DNA of 64,000 nt from Eledone cirrhosa. Lineage: Eukaryota. The stretch is taken from contig OZ024742.1 in the NCBI GenBank assembly GCA_964016885.1, forward strand, positions 5,642,001 through 5,706,000. Direction: 5' to 3'. Position numbers and translations under genes: made by a program. Below, one piece after another: positions 1 to 14,486 of the stretch; the first letter of the stretch is position 1, and the number at the start of each line of letters is the position of its first letter. The notes under the pieces were generated by a model. That model did no database searches. It worked only from the letters and a program-made list of their open reading frames with translations, and was not told the origin of the DNA.

Positions 1-3000
1 GTAACAACAACAACAATAGCAACAGTAATAACAACAACAACAGCAACAGTAACAACAACAAGAGCAACAGTAATAACAACAACAACTGCAACAGTAACAA
101 CAACAACAACAACAGCAACAGTAATAACAACAACAACAGCAACAGTAATAACAACAACAGCAACAGTAATAACAACACAACAGCAACAGTAACAACAACA
201 ACAACAGCAACAGTAATAACAACAACAATAGCAACAGTAATAACAACTACAACAGCAACAGTAATAACAACAACAACAGCAACAGTAACAACAACAACAA
301 CAGCAACAGTAACAACAACAACAATAGCAACAGTAACAACAACAACAACAACAGGAAACAGTAATAACAACAACAGCAACAGTAACAACAACAACAACAG
401 CAACAATAATAACAACAACAACTGCAACAGTAACAACAACAACAACAGCAACAGTAATAACAACAACAACAGCAACAGTAATAACAACAACAACAGCCAC
501 AGTAACAACAACAACAACAGCAACAGTAATAACAACAACAACAGCAACAGTAACAACAACAAGAACAGCAACAGTAACAACAACAACAACAGCAACAGTA
601 ATAACAACAATAACAGCAACAGTAATAACAACAACAACAGCAACAGTAATAACAACAACAACAGCAACCGTAACAACAACAACAACAACAGCAACAGTAA
701 CAACAACAACAACAACAACAGCAACAGTAATAACAACAACAACAGCAACAGTAATAACAACAACAACAGCAACAGTAATAACAACAACCACAACAGTAAT
801 AACAACAACAACAGCAACAGTAACAACAACAACCACAACAGTAATAACAACAACAACAGCAACAGTAACAACAACAACAGCAACAGTAATAACAACAACA
901 ACAGCAACAGTAATAACAACAACAACAGCAACCGTAACAACAACAACAACAACAGCAACAGTAACAACAACAACAACAACAACAGCAACAGTAATAACAA
1001 CAACAACAGCAACAGTAATAACAACAACAACAGCAACAGTAATAACAACAACCACAACAGTAATAACAACAACAACAGCAACAGTAACAACAACAACCAC
1101 AACAGTAATAACAACAACAACAGCAACAGTAACAACAACAACAGCAACAGTAATAACAACAACAACAGCAACAGTAACAACAACAACAACAGCAACAGTA
1201 ACAACAACAACAACAGCAACAGTAGTAACAACAACAACAGCAACAGTAACAACAACAACAACAGCAACAGTAACAACAACAACAACAACAACAGTAATAA
1301 CAACAACAACAGCAACAGTAACAACAACAACAACAACAGCAACAGTAACAACAACAACAACAGCAACAGTAATAACAACAACAACAGTAACAGTAACAAC
1401 AAAAACAACAGCAACAGTAATAACAACAACAACAGCAACAGTAACAACAACAACAACAGCAACAGTAATAACAACAGCAACAGTAACAGTAACAACAAAA
1501 ACAACAGCAACAGTAACAACAACAACAACAGCAACAGTAACAACAACTACAACAGCAACAGTAATAACAACAACAACAACAGCAACAGTAACAACAACAA
1601 CAACAGCAACAGTAATAACAACTACAACAGCAACAGTAATAACAACAACAACAGCAACAGTAACAACAACTACAACAGCAACAGTAATAACAACAACAAC
1701 AGCAACAGTAATAACAACAACAACAGCAACAGTAACAACAACAACACAACAGCAACAGTAATAACAACAACAACAGCAATAGTAACAACAACAACAGCAA
1801 CAGTAATAACAACAACAACAGCAACAGTAACAACAACAACAACAGCAACAGTAATAACAACAACAACAGCAACAGTAATAACAACAACAACAGCAACAGT
1901 AACAACAACAACAACAGCAACAACAACAACAACAACAACAACAACAGCAACAACAACAACAGCAACAGTAATAACAACAACAACAGCAACAGTAATAACA
2001 ACTACAACAGCAACAGTAATAACAACAACAACTGCAACAGTAACAACAACAACAATAGCAACAGTAATAACAACAACAGCAACAGCAATAACAACAACAA
2101 CAGCAACAGTAATAACAACAACAACAGCAACAGTAACAACAACAACAGCAACAGTAATAACAACAACAACAGCAACAGTAATAACAACAACAACAGCAAC
2201 AGTAATAACAACAACAACAGAAACAGTAATTACAACAACAACAGCAACAGTAATAACAACAACAACAACAGCAACAGTAATAACAACAGCAACAGCAACA
2301 GTAATAACAACAACAACAGCAACAGTAATAACAACAACAACAGCAACAGTAATAACAACAACAACAGCAACAGTAATAACAACAACAACAGAAACAGTAA
2401 TTACAACAACAACAGAAACATTAATAACAACAACAACTGCAACAGTAATAACAACAACAACAGCAACAGCAACAGTAATAACAACAACAACAGCAACAGT
2501 AACAACAACAGCAACAGTAACAGTAATAACAACAACAACTGCAACAGTAATAACAACAACAACAGCAACAGCAACAGTAACAACAACAACAACAGCAACA
2601 GTAACAACAACAACAACAGTAACAGTAATAACAACAACAACAGCAACAGTAATAACAACAACAACAGTAACAGTAATAACAACAACAACAGCAACAGTAA
2701 CAACAACAACAATAGCAACAGTAACAACAACAACAACAGGAAACAGTAATAACAACAACAACAACAGCAACAATAATAACAACAACAACTGCAACAGTAA
2801 CAACAACAACAGCAACAGTAATAACAACAACAACAGCAACAGTAATAACAACAACAACAGCCACAGTAACAACAACAACAACAGCAACAGTAATAACAAC
2901 AACAACAGCAACAGTAATAACAACAACAACAGCAACAGTAACAACAACAACAACAGCAACAGTAATAACAACAACAACAGCAACAGTAATAACAACAACA

Positions 3001-4921
3001 ACAGCAACAGTAACAGCAACAACAACAACAGCAACAGTAACAACAACAACAACAGCAACAGTAATAACAACAACAACAGTAACAGTAAAAACAACAACAA
3101 CAGCAACAGTAATAACAACAACAACAGCAACAGTAATAACAACAACAACAGTAACAGTAAAAACAACAACAACAGCAACAGTAATAACAACAACAACAGC
3201 AACAGTAACAACAACAACAACAGCAACAGTAGTAACAACAACAACAGCAACAGTAATAACAACAACAACAGCAACAGTAACAACAACAACAACAGCAACA
3301 GTAGTAACAACAACAACAGCAACAGTAACAACAACAACAACAGCAACAGTAATAACAACAACAACAGCAACAGTAATAACAACAACAACAGCAACAGTAA
3401 CAACAACAACAACAGCAACAGTAATAACAACAACAACAGCAACAGTAACAACAACAAGAACAGCAACTGTAACAACAACAACAACAGCAACAGTAATAAC
3501 AACAATAACAGCAACAGTAATAACAACAACAACAGCAACAGTAATAACAACAACAACAGCAACCGTAACAACAACAACAACAACAGCAACAGTAACAACA
3601 ACAACAACAACAACAGCAACAGTAATAACAACAACAACAGCAACAGTAATAACAACAACAACAGCAACAGTAATAACAACAACCACAACAGTAATAACAA
3701 CAACAACAGCAACAGTAACAACAACAACCACAACAGTAATAACAACAACAACAGCAACAGTAACAACAACAACAGCAACAGTAATAACAACAACAACAGC
3801 AACAGTAATAACAACAACAACAGCAACCGTAACAACAACAACAACAACAGCAACAGTAACAACAACAACAACAACAACAGCAACAGTAATAACAACAACA
3901 ACAGCAACAGTAATAACAACAACCACAACAGTAATAACAACAACAACAGCAACAGTAACAACAACAACAGCAACAGTAATAACAACAACAACAGCAACAG
4001 TAACAACAACAACAACAGCAACAGTAACAACAACAACAACAGCAACAGTAGTAACAACAACAACAGCAACAGTAACAACAACAACAACAGCAACAGTAAT
4101 AACAACAACAACAACAACAGTAATAACAACAACAACAACAACAGCAACAGTAACAACAACAACAGCAACAGTAATAACAACAACAACAGCAACAGTAACA
4201 ACAACAACAACAGCAACAGTAACAACAACAACAACAGCAACAGTAGTAACAACAACAACAGCAACAGTAACAACAACAACAACAGCAACAGTAATAACAA
4301 CAACAACAACAACAGTAATAACAACAACAACAACAACAGCAACAGTAACAACAACAACAACAGCAACAGTAATAACAACAACAACAGTAACAGTAACAAC
4401 AAAAACAACAGCAACAGTAATAACAACAACAACAGCAACAGTAACAACAACAACAACAGCAACATTAATAACAACAGCAACAGTAACAGTAACAACAAAA
4501 ACAACAGCAACAGTAACAACAACAACAACAGCAACAGTAACAACAACTACAACAGCAACAGTAATAACAACAACAACAACAGCAACAGTAACAACAACAA
4601 CAACAGCAACAGTAATAACAACTACAACAGCAACAGTAATAACAACAACAACAGCAACAGTAACAACAACAACAACAGCAACAGTAATAACAACAACAAC
4701 AGCAACAGTAATAACAACAACAACAGCAACAGTAACAACAACAACACAACAGCAACAGTAATAACAACAACAACAGCAATAGTAACAACAACAACAGCAA
4801 CAGTAATAACAACAACAACAGCAACAGTAACAACAACAACAACAGCAACAGTAATAACAACAACAACAGCAACAGTAATAACAACAACAACAGCAACAGT
4901 AACAACAACAACAACAACAGC

Positions 4922-4952
<31 letters not shown>

Positions 4953-7900
4953 GCAACAACAACAACAGCAACAGTAATAACAACAACAACAGCAACAGTA
5001 ATAACAACTACAACAGCAACAGTAATAACAACAACAACAGCAACAGTAACAACAACAACAACAGCAACAGTAACAACAACAACAACAGCAACAGTAATAA
5101 CAACAACAACTGCAACAGTAACAACAACAACAATAGCAACAGTAATAACAACAACAGCAACAGCAATAACAACAACAACAGCAACAATAATAACAACAAC
5201 AACAGCAACAGTAACAACAACAACAGCAACAGTAATAACAACAACAACAGCAACAGTAATAACAACAACAACAGCAACAGTAATAACAACAACAACAGAA
5301 ACAGTAATTACAACAACAACAGCAACAGTAATAACAACAACAACAGCAACAGTAATAACAACAGCAACAGTAACATTAATAACAACAACAACTGCAACAG
5401 TAATAACAACAACAACAGCAACAGCAACAGTAATAACAACAACAACAGCAACAGTAACAACAACAGCAACAGTAACAGTAATAACAACAACAACTGCAAC
5501 AGTAATAACAACAACAACAGCAACAGCAACAGTAACAACAACAACAACAGCAACAGTAACAACAACAACAACAGTAACAGTAATAACAACAACAACAGCA
5601 ACAGTAATAACAACAACAACAGTAACAGTAATAACAACAACAACAGCAACAGTAATAACAACAACAACAGCAACAGCAACAGTAATAACAACAACAACAG
5701 CAACAGTAACAACAACAACAACAGTAACAGTAATAACAACAACAACAGCAACAGTAATAACAACAACAACAGTAACAGTAAAAACAACAACAACAGCAAC
5801 AGTTATAACAACAACAACAGCAACAGTAACAACAACAACAACAACAGCAACAGTAATAACAACAACAACAGCAACAGTAATAACAACAACAACAGCAACA
5901 GTAATAACAACAACAACAGCAACAGTAATAACAACAACAACAGCAACAGTAATAACAACAGCAACAGCAACAGTAACAACAACAACAACAGCAACAGTAA
6001 CAACAACAACAATAGCAACAGTAATAACAACAACAACAGCAACAGTAACAACAACAACAACAGCAGCAGTAACAACAACAACAACAGCAACACTAATAAC
6101 AACAACAACAGCAACAGTAACAACAACAACAACAGCAACAGTAACAACAACAACAATAGCAACAGTAATAACAACAACAACAGCAACAGTAACAACAACA
6201 ACAACAGCAACAGTAACAACAACAACAACAGCAACAGTAATAACAACAACAACAGCAACAGTAACAACAACAACAACAGCAACAGTAATAGCAACAACAA
6301 CAACAACAGTAATAACGACAACAACAGCAACAGTAACAACAACAACAACAACAGCAACAGTAACAACAACAACAACAGCAACAGTAATAACAACAACAAC
6401 AGTAACAGTAAAAACAACAACAACAGCAACAGTAATAACAACAACAACAGCAACAGTAATAACAACAACAACAGCAACCGTAACAACAACAACAACAGCA
6501 ACAGTAACAACAACAACAACAACAACAGCAACAGTAATAACAACAACAACAGCAACAGTAATAACAACAACAACAGCAACAGTAATAACAACAACAACAG
6601 CAACAGTAATAACAACAACCACAACAACAGTAACAACAACAACAACAGCAACAGTAATAACAACAACAACAGCAACAGTAATAACAACAACAACAGCAAC
6701 CGTAACAACAACAACAACAGCAACAGTAACAACAACAACAACAACAACAGCAACAGTAATAACAACAACAACAGCAACAGTAATAACAACAACAACAGCA
6801 ACAGTAATAACAACAACAACAGCAACAGTAATAACAACAACCACAACAACAGTAACAACAACAACAACAGCAACAGTAATAACAACAATAACAGCAACAG
6901 TAATAACAACAACAACAGCAACAGTAATAACAACAACCACAACAACAGTAACAACAACAACAACAGCAACAGTAATAACAACAACAACAGCAACAGTAAT
7001 AACAGCAACAACAGCAACAGTAATAACAACAACAACAGCAACAGTAATAACAACAACGACAGCAACCGTAACAACAACAACAACAACAACAACAGCAACA
7101 GTAATAACAACAACAACAGCAACAGTAATAACAACAACAACAGCAACAGTAATAACAACAACAACAGCAACAGTAACAACAACAACAACAACAACAGTAA
7201 CAACAACAACAACAGCCACAGTAATAACAACAACAACAGCAACAGTAACAACAACAACAACAGCAACTGTAATAACAACAACAACAACAACAACAGTAAT
7301 AACAACAACAACAGCAACAGTAACAACAACAACAACAACAGCAACAGTAACAACAACAACAACAGCAACAGTAATAACAACAACAACAGTAACAGTAACA
7401 ACAAAAACAACAGCAACAGTAATAACAACAACAACAGCAACAGTAACAACAACAACAACAGCAACAGTAACAACAACTACAACAGCAACAGTAATAACAA
7501 CAACAACAGCAACAGTAATAACAACAACAACAGCAACAGTAATAACAACAACAACAACAGCAACAGTAACAACAACAACAACAGCAACAGTAACAACAAC
7601 AACAACAGCAACAGTAACAACAACAACAACAGCAACAGTAATAACAACAACAACAGCAACAGTAATAACAACAACAACAGCAACAGCAACAACAAAAACA
7701 ACAGCAACAGTAATAACAACTACAACAGCAGCAGTAACAACAAAAACAACATCAACAGTAATAACAACTACAACAGCAACAGTAACAACAACAACAGCAA
7801 CAGTAATAACAAAAACAACAGCAACAGTAACAAAAACTACAAAAGCAACAGTTATAACAACAACAGCAACAGTAACAACAACTACAACACAACAGCAACA

Positions 7901-9490
7901 GTAATAACAACAACAACAGCAACAGTAATAACAACAGCAACAGTAACAACAACTACAACAGCAACAGTAATAACAACAACAACAGCAACAGTAATAACAA
8001 CAACAACAGCAACAGTAATAACAACAGCAACAGTAACAACAACAACTACAACAGCAACAACAACAACAACAACAACAACAGCAACCGTAACAACAACAAC
8101 AACAGCAACAGTAACAACAACAACAACAGCAACAGTAATAACAACTACAACAGCAACAGTAATAACAACAACAACAGCAACAGTAACAACAACAACAACA
8201 GCAACAGTAACAACAACAACAATAGCAACAGTAATAACAACAACAACAGCAACAGTAATAACAACAACAACAGCAACAGTAATAACAACAACAACAGCAA
8301 CAGTAATAACAACAACAACAGCAACAGTAATTACAACAACAACAGCAACAGTAATAACAACAACAATAGCAACAGTAATAACAACTACAACAGCAACAGT
8401 AATAACAACAACAACAGCAACAGTAATAACAACAACAACTGCAACAGTAACAACAACAGCAACAGTAATAACAACAACAACAGAAACAGTAATTACAACA
8501 ACAACAGCAACAGTAATAACAACAACAACAGCAACGGTAATAACAACAACAGCAACAGTAATAACAACAACAACAGCAACAGTAACAACAACAACAACAA
8601 CAACAACAATAACAACAACAACAGTAGCAACAATAACAGCAACAGTACCAACAACAGCAACAGTAACAACAACAGCAACAGTAACAACAACTACAACAGC
8701 AACAGTAATAACAACAACAGCAACCGTAACAACAACAACAACAGCAACAGTAACAACAACAGCAGCAACAGTAATAACAACAACAACAGCAACAGTAACA
8801 ACAACAACAACAGCAACAGTAATAACAACAACAACAACAGCAACAGTAACAACAACAACAACAACAACAGTAATAACAACAACAACAGCAACAGTAACAA
8901 CAACAACAGCAACAGTAATAACAACAACAACAGCAACAGTAACAACAACAACAGCAACAGTAACAACAACAACAACAGCAACAGTAACAACAACAACAAC
9001 AGCAACAGTAATAACAACAACAACAGCAACAGTAACAACAACAACAACAGCAACAGTAACAACAACAACAACAACAACAGCAACAGTAACAACAACAACA
9101 ACAGCAACAGTAACAACAACAACAACAGCAACAGTAATAACAACAACAGCAACAGTAATAACAACAACAACAGCAACAGTAACAACAACAACAACAGCAA
9201 CAATAACAACAACAACAACAGCAACAGTAATAACAACAACAATAGCAACAGTAACAACAACAACAACAGCAACAGTAATAACAACAACAACAGCAACAGT
9301 AATAACAACAACAACAGCAACAGTAACAACAACAACAGCAACAATAACAACAACAACAACAGCAACAGTAATAACAACAACAATAGCAACAGTAACAACA
9401 ACAGCAACAGTAATAACAACAACAACAGCAACAGTAACAACAACAACAACAACAGCAACAGTAACAACAACAACAACAGCAACAACAATA
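1..9490. repeat. Compound trinucleotide satellite, consensus unit ~ACAGCAACAGTAATAACAACAACAACA (24-30 bp, variable AAC number)
   Basis: Continuous run built almost only of AAC/AGC/AGT/AAT triplets. The poly-L, poly-V and poly-C minus-strand ORFs are its translations. It is truncated by the window start. Confidence 0.97.
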
Positions 9491-10041
9491 ACTTTATTTC
9501 ATGTCAACAATAACAACAATAACCACAAAAGTAATAAAATTATCAGCTACATTAACACCCACCTTTGCCAAAAAAAACAAACAAAAGAAAGGAAAGAAAG
9601 GAAAACAAAGGAAAACAAAAGAAATCAAACAAAAAACACCTTAATCAGCCAATGTAAAAGTTGACCCATTCAAGCTTGCGTGACAAAGGGTCTTTTCGTT
9701 GAAGGAGGGACTCCCGGCATTTGCCAAATAGCTGTCATTATAAAATTGGTAGGATTTTGTCGGGAAGAAGAGATTTTCTTCACTTTAGTGTGATTTTCTA
9801 GATGGAGCTTCATTTCCTTCGGCCTTTCAGTCGAGTTGACATATTACAAATACTAAATATGTCAGCAAACATAGCCACACTGACAGATATGCAGAAAACA
9901 CTATCGTGGCCATTTTGTCTCGTGTCGGCTGCTTATAATTCTAACAGACGTTTTCTATTTCGTTTTTTCTTTACATTTTCTTCAGATTTTTAAAAGATAT
10001 TTACTTAAACATTCTCATTTTTTTCGTCTGTGTCACACTTA

Positions 10042-10044
<3 letters not shown>

Positions 10045-10110
<66 letters not shown>
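10045..10110. repeat. (TA)n microsatellite flanking the Penelope-like element
   Basis: Pure AT dinucleotide run directly abutting the element terminus at 10111. Confidence 0.97.
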
Positions 10111-10112
<2 letters not shown>

Positions 10113-10981
10113 CGAAGGAAATGTGGTAAGGAACCAGGTGGACCATAACGCACCAAAGTACTCAATACTTAGGGTAGTAGAGTGGGTAATAGGAACTAGT
10201 AGGACCCCGACGGCTGAGCTCAAGCCGTTTCGACTGCTAATTCTGGACTAAATGAAAATTTTTATCCTGGTATATGAATAGCCGAGCTTCTCAGGGGGTA
10301 ATTCCATATATGGTAAAAGTGATTGTCACAAGGATTGGTCAAAAGTTTGTTGTTGAGACACATAATTCTATCATGGAAATTTGTGGAAGGAAGGGGTAGC
10401 TAAACCTGCCAGTAGAAGAAAGAGGGAGAGGGGGTAGAGGAAACCCAGTCGTGCGTTGATACTGCCAACTACAGCAGGGCAGGAGGTCAAGCAAGTATAC
10501 TAGGGAGGATGAGGGGGAGGAAGTCGAAACAATAAGTAAAACAATATGGAGTAAATATATAGAAGAATACCGAGAATGTTAAAGGAATAAAAAAAATAAT
10601 TTCTGGTTACTATTCCCTAACGACAGTCATCAAGTCTCTCACTGGTACTGCTAAACTATAGAAAAGTTTACTAGGTGGGACGAAATTATAATGAGACCAT
10701 TTTAAGAGTTAGTAGTAATCAACCGAGTATATCTTACGGTGACAGGTTTCTAGCCTAGGCACAAGGCCAGCAACCACCCAGTGCAAAAATTAAACTAATA
10801 CGAAATAATAATTCAGAATCCCGAAATACTATCTCTAAGGGTGCCGCTACGATACAAAAATTCTAGTGCAAACTACATAAATGCTCGTACGAAGTATATG
10901 AAAAATTTGATACGGAAAATTAATTCAGAATCACTTGTCTACCCCTCCCCCCTGTCATTATGGGGTTTGAGGGCGAGGTAA
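10111..10981 (-). repeat. Inverted copy of the family A 3' region including an ~80-bp tail
   Basis: Reverse complement matches 12732-12780 joined (GTG microhomology) to 13184-13991, then continues ~80 bp (10111-10190) beyond the point where the forward copy stops. Confidence 0.9.
10204..10299 (-). ncRNA. Type I hammerhead-like ribozyme, family A (variant core CUGAGAA, long stem II)
   Basis: Minus strand reads ACCCC-CTGAGAA-gctcGGCTA...TAGC(A/C)GTC-GAAA-CGGCT tgagctc AGCCG-TC^GGGGT: stem I ACCCC/GGGGT, GAAAC...GUC triplet, palindromic TGAGCTCA in stem III. Confidence 0.7.
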
Positions 10982-12808
10982 CCTCTACTTCGTCAACCCC
11001 GAAAGATACCACACACTGATCAGGAGCAGCCTAAACTCCACCTATAAAAAGGCTAACCACTCTTGCATCGAGGACATGAATCGAGATGGACAACAAATTA
11101 CCTCCAGCCTCGGGGTCGCCGACCGCACGGAACCCCTTGACCCACGGACACCCTACTTCACACTGAAGGACCACAAATCCGATTTCGACCGTAAACCTTC
11201 TATCAGGCTTATAAACCCAACGAAGTCCGACATAGGGAGAATCAGCAAAAAAATCGTAGACCACGTTATACCAAAAGTTAAGCAACACGCCAGACTTAGC
11301 CTATGGGTCAACACCCAGGAAGTAATCTCATGGTTCAGCAATATGGAGGACAAACGAGACACAAAATTCATCCAGTTTGACATAGAGAGTTACTATGCTT
11401 CAATTACCTTACCGCTACTTACGGCTGCCTTGGACTTTGCCGAAACATTTGCGCCCGTCACCGACCAGGAAAGAAACATCATCCTCCACGCCAGGAAGAC
11501 AGTCCTACTCTTCGACAACTCCAAATGGATAAAGAGAGCTCCCGATTCACCCTTCGACGTCAGTATGGGCGCGACGGATTCGGCTGAGGTCACAGATCTT
11601 ATAGGATTATTCCTACTAGTTAAACTCACCGATATGTTTCCTGCATTCGGCGGTGGATTGTACCGTGATGATGGGCTCCTTACCCTTAAAGGGTACAACC
11701 CCAGTAGTACAGACCGGGTCCGTAAACAATTAATCAGCTTCTTCCGCGACTGGGGATTTAAAATAACCCTACAAACGTCCCTGACCCGAGTAAACTTCCT
11801 GGACGTCACCCTTGACCTCGATAATGATCTGTACTACCCATACAGGAAACCCAACGACAACCTGCACTACATCCACCGCCGGTCAAACTATCCTAGGAAC
11901 ATCACCAATAACCTGGTTAAAAACATCTCCCTCCGCATATCTCGTTTGTCCGCTAATGAGCAGATATTCGAGGAACATGCGCCTTATTACAATCAGGCCC
12001 TCAAGCGGAGTGGTTTCCGGGAGGAAATATCCTACTGTCCAACTTCCATTAGCAGAACCAGCAGGCGACACCGCCGCTCACGCAATGTAACATGGTTCAA
12101 TCCTCCCCACAACGCCGAGGTGACAACTCCTATCGGGAAAATCATCTTTAGGCTCATCGAAAAAGACTTCCCACTACAACACCGCTACCACAACATAATT
12201 AACGAAAATACCATTAAACTCTCCTACAGCACCACACCAAACTTTGCACAAAACATCGTCTCCTCTAACAACAAAAAACTCAACCCCTATTGAAGAAATA
12301 ACCTAAATAGCAGTGGAGAGCCGACCAGGAGGTGCAACTGTCCTGGTGGATCATTTGCCCCCTCGACAACAGATGCAGAGATCGTAATGTGATCTACCAG
12401 TGCAACGTGAGGACGGACACCTCCAACAAAGCTTATATAGAATTAACCGCATGTGACTTCAAGACCCGGCTATACCAACACAGACATACCTTCCGAAACC
12501 CGACCCGGCGTCACGCCACCACACTTTCGGGCCACATCTGGGACCTCAAGGATAGCAATATTACCTATGATCTCACTTGGAGCTTACTGTCCAGAGCCAA
12601 CTCTTACACGGAAGGACACCGTCCGTGCAATTTATGCTCGGGGGAAACTTTACAAATGCTGTTTTCGACGGACCAACTCCTAAACAAGAAAGACGAACTG
12701 GTAACTGCATACAAACAGAGATTGCGTAGGACTTACCTCGCCCTCAAACCCCATAATGACCCGGGGGGTTTAGACAAGTGCTGTACACCCCACTTGCCGA
12801 CTTTGTAA
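10977..12808 (+). pseudogene. Disrupted Penelope (Naiad-type) reverse transcriptase - GIY-YIG endonuclease ORF
   Basis: Frame is open from ~10977 (NLYFVNPERYHTL...). RT motifs RLINPTKSDIGRISK, FIQFDIESYY, FDVSMGATDSAE, GLYRDDGL, FLDVTLDL, WFNPP. In-frame TGA at 12291, then CNC; a frameshift at ~12352 leads into CPLDNRC..VIYQC..YIELT..FKTRLYQH..CNLC..LLNKKDEL. The YIG motif reads YIE. Confidence 0.9.
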
Positions 12809-13893
12809 TGGGTAACCCCTGCTTGCAAAGGTAGACGTAAGATCTTTTATATCTTTTTATCGCTTCCTCTATATTTCCTTCTTCCCCCCATCCCTTCCTA
12901 GTCTTTCCACCCAGTCCTCTTTCTTTGTCGTCGTCCTTTTCACTTTCTCGCCCACCCGAGGCAGCCCCTCGGTCCTTTGTAGCCTCAGTACCCCCACCAC
13001 CTTCCCCTATTCTATGATAGCATTGGCCGACTCCGCTTTTTATAGCAGATGTGATAGACCCCGGATACTTGCTTTCTTATCCGATGGCTGCCCCCTTTCC
13101 GTGCTTTCTATATTTCTTAGTGGTATCTTTGCTTTAATTTCTCGTATATCAGTATTTATTTTTTGGGGTGGTGGGGTGGGTGGGTGATTCTGAATTAATT
13201 TTCCGTCTCAAATTTTTCATATACTTCGTACGAGCATTTATGTAGTTTGCACTAGAATTTTTGTATCGTAGCGGCACCATTAGAGATAGTATTAGTATTC
13301 ATTTTCGGGATTCTGAATTATTATTTCGTATTAGTTTATTTTTTGCACTGGGTGGTTGTTGGCCTTGTACCTAGGGTAGAAACAATTATTTCGTATTAAT
13401 CTCGGGACTCTGAATTATTATTTCGTGGTAGATTCTTTAGTATTTTGCCCACCCCCCCACTTGTTGACCTGTCACCGTAAGATATACTCGGTTGATTACT
13501 ACTAACTCTTTCGTCCCACCTAGTAAACTTTTCTATAGTTTAGCAGTACCAGTGAGAGACTTGATGACTGTCGTTAGGGAATAGTAACCAGAAATTATTT
13601 TTTTTATACCTTTAACATTCTCGGTATTCTTCTATATATTTACTCCATATTGGTTTACTTATTGTTTCGACTTCCTCCCTCTCATCCTCCCTAGTATACT
13701 TGCTTGACCTCCTGCCCTGCTGTAGTTGGCAGTATCAACGCACGACTGGGTTTCCTCCACCCCCTCTCCCTCTTTCTTCTACTGGCAGGTTCAGCTACCC
13801 CTTCCTTCCACAAATTGCCATGATAGAATAATGTGTCTCAACAACAAACTTTTGACCAATCCTTGTGACAATCACTTTACCATATATGGAATT

Positions 13894-13977
13894 ACTCCCT
13901 GAGAAGCTCGGCTATTCATATACCAGGATAAAAATTTTCATTTAGTCCAGAATTAGCTTGAGCTCAGCCGTCGGGGT
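13894..13977 (+). ncRNA. Family A hammerhead remnant, GAAA core deleted
   Basis: Same motif as 10204-10299 but lacking 12 nt (AGTCGAAACGGC) between GC microhomologies at ~13957. Confidence 0.6.
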
Positions 13978-14225
13978 CCTACTCGTTCCTATATATATAT
14001 ATACATACTGAGGTGTCGGTAAACAACCAACATATACTCAATATATATACACACACATATATATATGTATATATATATACATACATGCACACATATATAT
14101 ATGTACGTATGGATCTACCGAACATTTATTATAATGCTTGGTTTGTTTGTAAACAAACATCCCGAATTAAGCCGTACAGTATTTAGCAACCATCGTTGCC
14201 CTTTTTGTTCAACACTGACAAAGGA

Positions 14226-14268
14226 ACGATGTACTAGTTTCAAGCTTATTAGCTATCGTCAGCACCGT
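14226..14268 (-). ncRNA. Minimal type I hammerhead ribozyme (family E, left arm)
   Basis: Minus strand: ACGGTG-CTGACGA-tAGCTaataAGCTt-GAAA-CTAG-TA^CATCGT; canonical core, G-U pair in stem I. Confidence 0.88.
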
Positions 14269-14486
14269 ATACCTTCCTGCCAGATGATTGAACGTCTGAA
14301 AGTATATACTTTCCTTATGCATATTAACGGCTGAGCAGCATAATTTGCATATTATTTTTTCCATTTATCGTTTTCGGTGCGCCCGGCCGACTAACTCACT
14401 CGATAAGCAAATTAGGATGCTCAGCCGTTAATATGCCTAAGGAAAGTATATACTTTCAGACGTTAAATCATCTGACAGAAAGGTAT

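Larger units (their letters stand above)
10111..13991 (+). mobile_element. Penelope-like retroelement family A (Naiad-type), 5'-truncated, with an inverted pseudo-LTR at the left end
   Basis: RT + GIY-YIG coding region at 10977-12808. 10190-10934 is the reverse complement of 13184-13991. Both ends abut (TA)n. A hammerhead-like motif lies in the terminal repeat. Confidence 0.92.

Noticed and set aside
247-9488. Long poly-Leu, poly-Val and poly-Cys ORFs on the minus strand
   Set aside because: Translations of the triplet satellite with non-ATG starts and no domain content.
1-9490. Thr-rich mucin-like exon on the plus strand
   Set aside because: No ATG or evident splice context, essentially no Pro, and frame-breaking indels at ~176, 355, 1745, 2740, 4745 and 7889.
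11031-12683. Overlapping antisense and alternate-frame ORFs in the family A element
   Set aside because: Shadow ORFs of the RT region with no recognisable motifs.
10190-13991. DNA transposon with long TIRs
   Set aside because: The enclosed ORF is RT + GIY-YIG, and the inverted arm is a copy of the element's own 3' end with a one-sided tail.
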